Program-made: the position numbers and the translations under genes
The notes under the pieces: model-generated
What the model was told of the DNA's origin: nothing
The model's input: the letters and a program-made list of their open reading frames with translations, nothing else
Database searches by the model: none
Shown here: piece by piece, positions 27,301 to 39,500 of the stretch
Position numbering within the stretch: position 1 is the stretch's first letter
Layout: each line of letters starts with the position of its first letter
NCBI GenBank assembly: GCA_012295275.1
Contig: CM022671.1
Span: forward strand, 22,940,001-23,004,000
Length of the DNA stretch: 64,000 bases
From: Chrysomallon squamiferum
Taxonomy: Eukaryota; Animalia; Mollusca
Direction of reading: 5' to 3'

Positions 27301-29603
27301 AATGTGTTATGAAAATGTTCCTAGTTTCATTACTTCATTGCAAAAATATTTTAAAACTTAAACATATTAGAATAAATTTCTTATTTTATCAAGAATGCTT
27401 TTATTTATTTTTTACATTAAAATTATGTAAACATAAAGCAAAACTGAATTATATTAATTTGTTTATAAAATATTTATGCATTGAAATAGAACATGAATAA
27501 AAAACCAAAAGAATTACAGATGAATAAAAGTTAAAACTTCCCTTATTTTTTGTGTGAAGGGAAATAACTCTAAAAGTAATAAGTTTTTTTGTTTTTTTTT
27601 TTTAGGATAAAAGTTGTATACTAGAGAAAATGACTTGTACAGATTTTTGTTTGATGGGAAATTTCCTTTGTTCAGAAGGAAAATCAGGAAAGGTAAACAG
27701 ATAAGAAAATAAAAATAAAAAAAAAATAAACAAAAATAACATCAACCCAAAAACAACAAGAAAAAAAAAAAAAAAACTTGGAACAAAGAAAGGAAAACCC
27801 CCAGAAAACCTCCAAATATCTTCATTCTTATAAAAGTGAATGTTATTGATGACGATAAAAATATCCAAATATATTTTTTTTAACTTTTCTCTTACAATTA
27901 ATTTAAATGTATTGCAGAACACTTTACAAATTGTTGACTTCAAATGTTAAAAGACCTTAACAAAGAAACAAATAAATAAGCAAGCACAGATAATATTTTC
28001 ATATATGTATGAGAGAGATATACCAGTATATATATATTTTTATTACTTTTTTGTTTTGTTTATTGTGTTAAAATTATCTGATAGGTGTTAGAAGTTAAAG
28101 CTGGACAGAGAACTGGTGCTGATAATTTCATGTCATGTCTCCGGAAAACACTAGCAGATTATTACAAGGAGAAACCTGTTGCCCTTGGTGGAACTTTCCT
28201 GGTGGAGGCTGGAAAAGCAAGACTTCATGTTATGGTTTGTTTGATCTTAATTAAAAGAAGAAGAAAAAAAGTGTTTTGAAGATCTACTGTAACAAATACT
28301 CCTATGACATTGTGGAAAATTTCAAAGTAAATGATAAACCTGACTGTCCTTTTCATTGTGCTGTATTTTGATAGGCTCAAAATTGGTTTTTTATAGTTTG
28401 TTCTTTCTTAATTTAAAAAAAAAAGGAAAATTATTGTAGACATGTTATAGAGAATATTCTTATGATATTGACATATTAAATGAACATTTTCAAAATAAAT
28501 GATAAGCCAGACTTTTGCTTTTCACTGATGGTTGTCCAAAATATAGACTTGCATTTTCATGAATTATAGGTCTTCACTGGGTGAATTAATTGAATGTGAA
28601 ATAGATTACAGTGGAAAATACTATTAACATATTTATGGTTTATTTTTTGATATTTTAAGAACCTGAATTACTTGATTAACAATAAATATAGTTCAAGTTA
28701 TTCCTTTATCACAGTGAAATTCTACATGCAGTAGTGAAATCAGTTGTTTTCTCAGCAACAGTAATAAATAGAATTAATACATAAATAATTAAAATAATCT
28801 CATAATACAATGTTTTTATTTTGATGATGATAATGATGATGGTGATAATTATAATTAGAAAAAAAAAAGAACTAAGAAAAAAAATATGTCTATTAAATTT
28901 GTTTGGTTTTACATTTAGCCTGACTTCTCAAAAGTTCCATTAAAAAGTGATGAAGATGTTGACAACTGGCTCAAATTCTATGAAATGGATGCTCCTTTAG
29001 TATGTGTTGGTGAATTGGTGTCACATGATCCTGTAAGTACTCACTGTACCACTATACTCACAATACTAAAATAAAATAAAAATAGTATTTTATGGTTTAC
29101 TGAATTTTCTTCTGTAAGTCTGTTGCTTTATTTCACATACCAACCAGAGGTTCATGAATTGCAAACTAAATTCAAAGAGTGGTTTCTTTTTTCAGATTTC
29201 TCCATTATTCTTGAAAAAAAAAAACAATAAAAAAACCCAAACACATAAATCTATTCGTCAAAAAAACACAAAAAAAAACATACTTTAAAAACCACGTTTG
29301 TTTAATACTTACTAACTGCTAATATTAAAACTGAGATATAAATAAAAAATATTCACTTGATTTTCTTTTTAATTTATTTAATTTCATTTGTTTCAGGGGT
29401 TCAAGCTAAGAGTGGAACACTTCCACTGTTTCAGCAAGCATGGCCAGGGAGGACATTACCACTACGACACTACTCCAAATGAAGTGAAATATCTAGGCTA
29501 CTTTTCATTAGCAGAGACAATCTACAGAATTGATGAACCCAAGGAAGGAATCTCCTATGGTCGTGATGACCATGATAATGCTGGCTCCAAACAGAATCAC
29601 TGA
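24369..29603 (+). CDS. C11orf54: C11orf54/PTD012 homolog (DUF1907 Zn protein; annotated ester hydrolase / beta-keto-L-gulonate decarboxylase), copy 1, 9 exons, 329 aa
   Basis: Exons 24369-24444, 25048-25146, 25559-25632, 26287-26388, 27074-27154, 27606-27692, 28085-28234, 28919-29032 and 29397-29603. All GT-AG, 990 nt open. Motifs VECPDLTKEPF, GICGKARLADIGGPPYLLP, GAGAGP..VGVNSE, LGGTFL, HVMPDFS, Zn-binding EHFHCFS..GGHYHYD, YRID.P..GRD. Confidence 0.95.
26459..26640 (+). repeat. ~92-bp tandem duplication in intron 4 of copy 1
   Basis: TTTTATATTTATATTTTTGTTAAGTTGCATGATTTTAGAC...GGAAATGTTTC occurs twice here but once in copies 2 and 3. Confidence 0.9.
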
Positions 29604-30549
29604 AATCATTTTTATTTCTTCTTTTATATTAAGATAAAGTTCATTATCAAGTGCTATGACATATTTTGATTTTTAATATATATTCTTATTGGTCTAGTCT
29701 CAACTGCAAAATCTTGTCATCAGAATATTTGACCACTGTCACAAGTTTTTCATATTTTTGTCCTCAGATGGGTGATACTGATGCCAGTAAGATTTATCTT
29801 CAGTGTTTTGTTGATTTTTTATGTTTTTGCTGTTGAGGGAATGAACCTAAGGAATATATAATCGTATATCTCTCTCGGAAAAGTGCTTAAGTAATTAAAA
29901 CTGATTTTAAATAACTCGAAAATACACATTTTTTAAACATATACAGGTATATATATATACTAGATTTCTTTTTTACACCATATATATTTGCTTCTTTTTT
30001 TTTTGTTAAAGCTTACATATTATGACATATCAATTTATAAATAATTACATACATACTAAATAAAAAAAATTATTTTGTTCTAACAGGCTGGTTTTTTTTG
30101 TAAAATTTGCATTTATTTTGTGAATATTTGTTTTCATAATCTAAGAAAAAAAAAATCAAATATTTAGTTTTAAAGTTAATTAATATATAATTTATATACA
30201 AATGATTTACAATATAGTGACTAATTAGCTGTATATTAATTAATATACAAATAATATTAACCAATTTAGTAATTGTTTCATTTATGTACCAATTATTTAA
30301 AATTCAAATGCATATATATATTTTAGATAAAATATTTTCTGTTATTGAACATGTAATTATGTAATTCAAATTATATATTCAATTATTTAGTTTTTAAAAT
30401 TATACATTTAATTACATATATTCTGAGGTATATATGGGAGGAACAAAATTAATTTAAAATCTGTTTTTAATGTTACTGGTACTGCCATTAAAATAATAGA
30501 TCTTTTAATACAACAAATTAATTTTATTAATAATTGTATTATAATTATA

Positions 30550-30594
<45 letters not shown>

Positions 30595-30921
30595 TATGCA
30601 ATATCAATTTTGTTACTTCTTTTGATGACTGGTGCAATAATAATGATTCAAAATAAAATAAAATTATTTTTACAGATTTTAAAACTAATGTTGTCTTTTA
30701 TTTATGATATTGATAGTTCATATAATATTTCCAATATTAAAATTATTTTTAGCAAGAAATTGTTAGTTTAAAAACGTACGTTTTTGGGAATATTTACTTC
30801 TATTAACCAGTGCCTGTTTTCTCATTTTAAAAAAATGTGGGCTCTTCTAATTTATATCTGATGACAGTAGCCTGTGAGGTGGTAGCAGCAAAATTCTTCA
30901 TCCACAAATTAAGAAAAACAA

Positions 30922-30952
<31 letters not shown>

Positions 30953-32547
30953 GGGTCATTCCATGTGAAATCGCCCCCCCAAAAAAGAGAAAATTTAAAC
31001 CCGACCTTCTCAGATTTTTATGACTGGGATCCCACAGCACCAAATCTGAAATTTTAGGGCAATCGGACCAATGGTGTGGGAGTTATGGCCTCCCGAATTT
31101 TGAGATTTTTGGCAAAAATGAGCGTGACTACCAACATTTGAACCCTCATATCCCAGGAACTGCTAGGCCAATCTTCATAAAATTGGTATTGTTGCCATTA
31201 ACATCTGATTAACTAAAACTTGAAAGATCAATTCTGGATGCTAGGAATCACCATCTCTCTTGATCACTGAATAAGACATTGTAGGCCTACATGTATGCAT
31301 AAAGTTCACATAAATTTGAGAGAACTAGGTGTTTCTGATGCTTAACCTTCTCACCATCTTTGTTTTGAATGCTCACTGTATCCTTCATTCCCGGACACAT
31401 TCTACTGTTCTCGTCACTTTCATAAAATTGGACTATTTCCTCCTTCAATTCATTTGACAGAACTTTCCCTTGTTTCTTATTACATAGGGATGGAATCCCT
31501 TTCTCTTTTGTCACAGCACGGCTTTTTTCGCAAGGTAATTCGTTGTTTCAAATTCATTCATTGTCCTTTCAATGATAAAGAGTGACAAAGTCAAGATTTG
31601 CACAAGCTCTGGGTGGGATTTGGACTTGCTGATTTTTTCTTTTAACTCCTCCAACATGTTCCTAAAAAAATGAAGGTCCGATTTTTCTGATGAGTCGAGG
31701 TCACTTTCAAGACTATAAAGTGGAATATCACAGACTACTTCAAAATGTTTTAATGTTACTGTAGCTGATGCTAGTTTTTTCTGTCCTTTCATTCGTTTAC
31801 TGAAACGTGCTAGTGAATGGAGTTTAACAGGAAAAATTCAAATCAAAGTCCTTTTCTGGGGAAACAACAAGTTATCTGACAAGTTATCATCAAATTCTCC
31901 CATATTAATACCACCCATACTAAAGCCATCCTCTACAGGGGTTTGGACCTTTCATTTCTGAAGGCTAATCAAACAGTCACAGCACAACTTGTCTCCTGGC
32001 ACTAGTGTCTTTGGATTTACTAAGCATTTCTAAGTGCCCATGCTAACAATTTTTAAAGATCTAGTGTGTGCTTGCTTAGGATGCTGATTAAGGGGATCAC
32101 AATATTTTTTCTGCCATGTTGAAAGTATGTTCATGATGTGAACAGATATTCTTGATGTCTCGTGTTTTGATCCAACTTCAAAGAGTGAGGAGTTCGACTT
32201 CCTCATTTTTCCATACACTTTTGGTATGATGATGTTGATAAAACACATTTTCAGGAGAGTAAAAGCTGCAGTTAGCCCTGGAAGAAATAAGGATTTTCAG
32301 TATTGCCTGCGCCTTCAGTTCAATAGAACAAAGTCAGTACTTTCCTAAATATCAAATCAAACCCTGAAACCCATTCAGTAAAGTTAACAGGTCATAAAAT
32401 GGTAGCAGAGTACATGTGTCATTTCCAAAGGCCCACAATCTTTGGGCATTTAAGTCAAACTTTTCAAGTATAAATCACAGTTTATCAAGGTAAAGGTAGA
32501 CCTTGTTCACACTCTGAGCCGAAGACTGGGTGTACAAATACATTATG
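30953..32547 (-). mobile_element. Decayed, truncated DNA transposon (Sola2-like) with transposase fragments
   Basis: Absent from copies 2 and 3. Begins GGGTCATTCCATGTGAAATC followed by TIR-like sequence. Broken minus-strand ORFs 32030-32248 (CDPLNQH, then LVPGDKLCCDC, zinc-finger-like), 31511-31792 and 31287-31514 (FYESDENSRMCPGMKD...QKHLVLSNLCELY) resemble the N-terminal half of Sola2-type transposases. The catalytic core and the other TIR are missing. Superfamily call is from memory. Confidence 0.75.
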
Positions 32548-34567
32548 CATCCTTAATAACCATGTCAGTACTGTATTTCCTTAGAGCCACGTGAAACTCC
32601 CTGTTCGATTGTATAGAGATGACATGAAAGACTGTTTCACAAAATACACATTTCATGAACGTTCTTAATATAATTAATTTTGTACAGACCACAGTGTTTT
32701 CATGTTTCAGGTTAAGTAGTTCAGTTTATGAAAACAAATCCTGATTAATTTAAATCATTAAAAGTAAATACCGTAATCACGAATTTGCTATTATTGTATT
32801 AATGCCCATCCCAATGACGATATAACCTGATTTCTGAAATCGTAGAAATTATAATTATTATATACCCACACTTATCCCTCCATTTTTATTTTGTTAAAAT
32901 ACAGATGTGTTTTTATTTCAATAGATAATATACGTGCGATCTCAGATAAAAAGTAGACATCGGTTAAAATTTTTGTTTTTTTTCAATAGTTTCTTTTTTA
33001 TAAACATTTTCTGAAAAAATGTTTAAAAAAAAATAAAAAATACACGTAAATATATAAAAAACCCCTGCTTTGATATATATTAAATCCTGGTTAATTCATA
33101 AACCGACGTTATAGTCATGATAGACGTATTAGTAAAAAATGACCATGTCGGACTGGTAATGTCAGGATGACATGAAAGACTGTTTGACAGAAATGTAACG
33201 TTAAATGCTTTGTTTGTTTTATGTTTCAGGTTTAGTGATTCAGTTTTAGAAAAGTAAAGTTGTTGAATATCATCAACATCATAAACCGGTTAGTGTGATA
33301 TTCGTATAATAATAATAATGCGCAGCAGTTTAAAATAAATAAATAAAAATTCTGGAGTCTCGTTCTAGTGTTGTTTCAGACAGTAGCAACATTTATATAT
33401 TTGAAATAATGATGTAAGATATTAGAAATTACACAGAAAGTTATAAAATATTAATAATGACAATATTCCAACATGCTTTACACAAATTAATGAACGACAC
33501 AGCTTAACAATATACATTTCAACCTAAAAAATAAAATAATAAAATAATAATAATAATAAGAATAAAACACCCTCCTTCCAAAAAGACAATATTCCAACAC
33601 AACTCCCCTACCCTCCCTAAAAAAATAAAAAAATAAAAAATAATAATAAAATAAAAAAACAACAACATCAAAAAAAACAGATATAACACAAAAGGAAAAA
33701 CAACAACAACATAACAACAACAACAACACTTAATATCAGTATAAGATCAGAACAGAATTTCTGAAATGCAGATAAAAATAAAATAATTTCAAAATGTCCG
33801 ACATTATCCAGCTGGAAGCTATGGCGACTCGTTTTGTCTGTTCGCTAGTTCCGATTGTGTGACAAACACATAACATCACTTAAACTTATTTGGAGAATTA
33901 CTATTGCGCATTGTTGCATACAGTTTTAGCGAATAAATATTATTAAAAACACATTTCAGCCGCAGGAGAAAATACAATAGAAAACAAATGTGGCGATTAA
34001 CACGAGAGGAGAAACGGAGTTAGAGACATTTTTCAATAAGTTCAGTTTGGTGCAAAATGATTTATGTTTTCTGTCGCTTTGTTGTGTTCATCGACACGTT
34101 TAATAAGATTAGTTTTATATTCAGTTTTTATTAATATCGTGTTACTGAGAAAAGGACATATTTTCGAAATAAATAAATATTAAACAAACAAACAAACAAC
34201 AACAACAACAAACATGTAACTCGGGCAAAGGAGAACGAGAAAAAACGTTCTAATTTAGAAATCTATTTGTTTCTCAGCCGTAGTTCCATTGTTTCCAAAT
34301 ACAAATTTAATAATGGCGTATGCTCAGTTTCAATAAACGACCGAAATTTGTTGTACTAAAATAAAGACCAGTAATACCGACAATACATTTCGTTTGTTAG
34401 TTTATTTCACATTACATTTAACCTAGTTCTCATTTCATTGGTTTACTAAACACACCTCTCATATGCTGTTATTTCTTCACATCTATCTATCTATCTGTCT
34501 GTCTGTGTGTCTGTTTGTCTATCTATATTCATATTTATATATAACCAAAATCTCATCAAATATAGTA

Positions 34568-34651
<84 letters not shown>

Positions 34652-35004
34652 AACAGTAATAATAGTAATAATAAATTAACTAACTGGCAAGGACGGTCTG
34701 ACTTCGATGAAGAATTTTAATGGCACTAGTGAGTGATGTTCGATGTCTGCCAAAATTTTGCCTTAACTGATTCACATAGGTCTTTCCAGCATGCTATACA
34801 TGTATGTGGTTTTGTGCTTGTTTTGGGGTTTTTTTTTGTTATTTAAATTTACTGACGGCAAAAAATTTGGTTGTTATGTATTTATTGTGGGTTTTATTTT
34901 GTTGTTGTTGATTTATTCTAGCCTGGCACAAATATACAGTGAAAAATAATTTACGCATATGTAGGATCCAGTTCAAAACAGCTTAATTAGATACCTGTGA
35001 AAAG

Positions 35005-35064
<60 letters not shown>

Positions 35065-35503
35065 GTGATTCGTTTTAGTATACTGAACAAAGGGTACAAA
35101 AGGTATTAATATGCTTCGCTTGTTTAATGGAGTTGCTCTGGTTCTTTTTTTTTTTGCTCAGTGTATGAGTTAAACAAGCTGAAATTTTATGATGTCAGTG
35201 CAACTTGTGTTTTTTCTTTCTGTGTCTGTAAGCAAAGAAATGAAGTATTTGAAGTATTTAAAACTAATTAATTTTTGTAAACGAAAACAATGTATTAGGT
35301 ATGGAAGTTAGAATTATCACTTCTCAAATTAATTAAGTGAATATAGATATCTGCTTGTTATATAAAAAAGCAAAATATAATAAAATTAATGTAAAAAAAT
35401 AATACAATAAAAAATAATAAAAAATTAAGATTTAGTCCTGGACGAAAGGAAGAGTAATCCATATTATTATTGTTGTTGTTGTTGTTGTTATTATTATTAT
35501 ATC

Positions 35504-35543
<40 letters not shown>

Positions 35544-35876
35544 GCTTTTGTTATTACTTTTATTAGTGCTGATCTTATTGGTGGTGTTGTTGTTGTTGTT
35601 ATTATTATTATTGTTATTATTATTATTATTAAAAAATTACTATTGCTAGTACTACTACTACTATTATTATTATTTTATTATTATTATTGCTGTTGTTGTT
35701 GCTAATATTATAATTATTGTTGACGATAATGACGTTGTTTTGTCTTGTTGTTATTATTATTATTGTTATTATTATTACTATTACTACTTCTCCTACTACT
35801 ACTACTGCTACCACTACTATTTTATTATTGCTGTTTTTTTGTTGTTGCTGCTGTTATTATTATAATTATTGCATAC

Positions 35877-35899
35877 CTTTTATGCGGCAGTATATTCAT
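35877..35899 (-). other. LENG1: Duplicated LENG1 coding exon 1 (MNILPHK + intact donor), orphan fragment or alternative first exon
   Basis: ATGAATATACTGCCGCATAAAAG|GTATGC; one synonymous change versus 23915-23893. Homology to the LENG1 intron ends a few nt after the donor. Confidence 0.85.
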
Positions 35900-36325
35900 T
35901 GTCGTCACTATTTAATATGACATAAATCAGAAATAAAAGTATAAAGTCCAGTCAGTTTCAAAACTGATTCTATAAATTGATACGCTTGTTCCGTAAATTC
36001 CATCTCAGAAAGAACCATTGCGAAATCGAAACAGCACGAAGGTATCGTATTTATTTTATTTTTGCTTTGCACATTTTCACTTCTTCTGATTCTTTTTTTT
36101 AAATTAAATTTACAAAAAATATCAATCTGGCATAACATTTACTTCTATTAGTCTATTTAAGTTATCTCCCTTAGATTATGGGTAGTTGCAAAGAGCACTG
36201 CCGCTGTCAGTATTATACGTTTAAGGGAATTAACATGTGTTTTTGTCGTGTGCAGAAAGGTGTTTCATGATTTGATTGTATTTCATTATCAAAGATCGTG
36301 GTTCAGACGGACCCATAGCGAAATA

Positions 36326-36528
36326 ATGTCGTCCAAGAAGTCAACATTACCTGTGCAAAAAGCTCATATGCACGTTCCACCAATGGAAGAAATAAAAAAA
36401 GGTGCCATTACACTTTCACTTTGGAGTTCTCTAACATGATTATTAGTACTAATACAATAGTACCGACACTTTGAGTTTGACATATTTAACTATCTTAAAT
36501 GGGAACAGTCACTGCTGTATATTATTAA

Positions 36529-36567
<39 letters not shown>

Positions 36568-39500
36568 CACATTTAAGGTAGTTAGCAATATATTACCCAT
36601 CAGATATTTAATTATTTGTTTATGAAAATAGAAAACTTTTTAGTATTTAATATATATAATTTACTGAAACTGATTTACTTAACTTCTTAAGTTAGCATCA
36701 AACGGATTTTTTTACAGTTTAGAGCAAGCCCTTTTTAGTATGTTCCTAAATGACAGTATTTTGCTATGATTTGTACAAATATATATATAAAAAAATCTCA
36801 TAAACTTAAGTTCACTTTGGCTTGTCTCATCAACTAATTTATTAGGATTTAAATAATTTTTGATGATGACAAAATGGATTATGAATATCAGTTTTATTTT
36901 CAATTTATGTATTTATTGTTAAAATTATTTCTTTTCATTATACATTTGCTTTATATCAGATGCAAAGCTAAAATTGCTACATTAGTACATGAAATTTTAA
37001 AATTTTCTTTTAATAAAGGTTTATTTTTCTGTAGTGTTGCAAGAAGGTTTGGAGAAGAATTTTACCAGTGTTAAAGTGTCTGTGGTTGAATGTCCTGATC
37101 TAACAAAAGAGCCATTTTTCCTTTCTTCTCCAGGTAAAAACAACAAAATAAAAAACAAAAAAAACTAAAATATAATAATAATAGATAAATAACTTTAAAA
37201 AAAACAACCAAAAGTAAAAACCAAAAACAAAAATCAAACAAACAAAACAAAACAGCAACAAAAAACATAAACAAACAACAAAAAACCCCAAACAACAAAT
37301 AATAAATACAACATTATTGTAATTCTAATAATATAATAGAAGTTTCCTGCTGCTCTTACCAGCTAAATGCAGTGAAAGTCTCAGGCAAAGGCATAGGATT
37401 TGATATATTTGGACGCTAATATAGGTATCCAGGATATTTTAAACAATTTAATATTTGTATACTCTCTGTTTATTTAAACTCATGTATGATTTTCTGAATT
37501 GAGATGAGATTAGGAACAGCAGTATATAACAGTAATGTCTGACATTTCAATTATTACTTCTCTTTTATGACAAACTAGGTGATTTAAATTTGTGATTACA
37601 TGTAAAGCTAGTCATATTACAGACTACATTTGTATAGGTATATGTGGCAAGGCTAGGCTTGCTGATATTGGTGGTGTAGCATATCTTCTTCCACTTGCAC
37701 AGAAAGACAAGGTAAAATTCTTAAAATGTTCCATAATAAACATGAAAATTAATATGAATGTATATGCAATACCAGTTCAATGATAGTGAAAATAAGAAAT
37801 AATGCTTAGTAGGAAGTATTAATTTTTGTTATTGTACAGATTTTCATTCTTTAACATTTAAAAGGATACTTCTTCTTTTTATAACTTAGTGTTTTTAATA
37901 GTATTTATTGGTTATTTGTTTAAATCCTAATAAATTGGTTGATGAGACAAGCCAAAGTGAACTTAAGTTTATGAGATTTTTTTATATATATTTGCACAAA
38001 TCATAGCAAAATACTGTCATTTAGGAACATACTAAAAAGGGCTTGCTCTAAACTGTAAAAAAAACGTTTGTTTGTTTTTCTGAACATTAGTTAAGTATAT
38101 TATATGTAATACACCAGATGTATTTTTTATGAGAAAACACTTTATCATTTATTTTAACTAAGTTTTATTTTTAGAAATTCAACTTCATGGATATATCGAA
38201 ACTTGTTGATCTGCCAGGAGCCTTCATGATAGGGGCAGGAGCAGGCCCACACCATGTTGTAGGAGTCAGTTGTGAGGTAAATGTTTGAATGGGTGAAGAT
38301 GAGGTGTGATTTTTCTTCTTTCTTTTTTTTTTGTCTTTTTTGAAAGCGTTTTATATTTATATTTTTGTTAAGTTGCATGATTTTAGACATTTAAATTTCA
38401 CTGTGTTGAATTTTAAAATGTATTTTGGAAATGTTTCTTTGTTATAATAATAATTTAAGATGCTGTGTTGATCATTTTCTTAGTGATTTCCTAGCTGTAT
38501 GCAGTAGTTTCAAAAGGGGTTTTACAGTGTACAGTTCATATTAATTTAAAAATTTTCCCCCAAATACATTAGAATGTTATAATCAGTTAATGGGATTGAT
38601 CATATATAATGAAATTCTGATCATTTATTTGTCTTGTTTATTAGTTTTAATTAATATGCTAAAAATATTAAATAAAATACAATGAGATGGGAAGGGACAC
38701 AACTCTTTTTGTAATACCTTCTGATAGGTATTGGTTCAAAGCAGATGTTATATGTTCGCAGTGCATGATTCAGAGACATACAGCAAACAGATGTACTCTG
38801 AGATCTACTGGTATTATAGATTGATCTTGTTTTTATTGGATGTTAGTTCTTCTTGTTATTTTTATTATTATTGTTACTGTTATAGTTAATCTGCAATGTG
38901 AAGCTTGCAGAGGACAAGGATAAAGAAATTACCAATCAGTCTTACACAGCTAAAGTTGATGTCAAGGTACTTGCAGTTTTAACACTAATCACTTATTTCA
39001 TTCCATTATAAACAGTAAGGAAGTAGTTAGGATAATTTTCACAATAACAATATCAAAACTATAAAAAAAATGTGCCGATGTTTTGTTAATTATTTTCCAT
39101 GACAAGTGCCTAAAGCGTGTCATGAAAATGTTCCTAGTTTCATTACTTCATTGCAAAAATATTTCAAAACTTAAACATATTATAATAAATTTCTTATTTT
39201 ATCAAGAATGCTTTTATTTATTTTTTACATTAAAATTATGTAAACATAAAGCAAAACTGAATTATATTAATTTGTTTATAAAATATTTATGCATTGAAAT
39301 AGAACATGAATAAAAAACCAAAAGAATTACAGATGAATAAAAGTTAAAACTTCCCTTATTTTTTGTGTGAAGGGAAATAACTCTAAAAGTAATAAGTTTT
39401 TTTGTTTTTTGTTTTTTAGGATAAAAGTTGTATACTAGAGAAAATGACTTGTACAGATTTTTGTTTGATGGGAAATTTCCTTTGTTCAGAAGGAAAATCA

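Larger units (their letters stand above)
23886..35870 (+). repeat. Older tandem duplication unit (paralogous to ~45480-59610)
   Basis: Collinear matches: gene body, then 32548-33380~52316-53010, 33415-34140~53890-54582, 34141-34245~54968-55089, 34241-34675~56943-57390 and 34683-35760~57835-59600, with several internal deletions in this unit. Confidence 0.9.
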
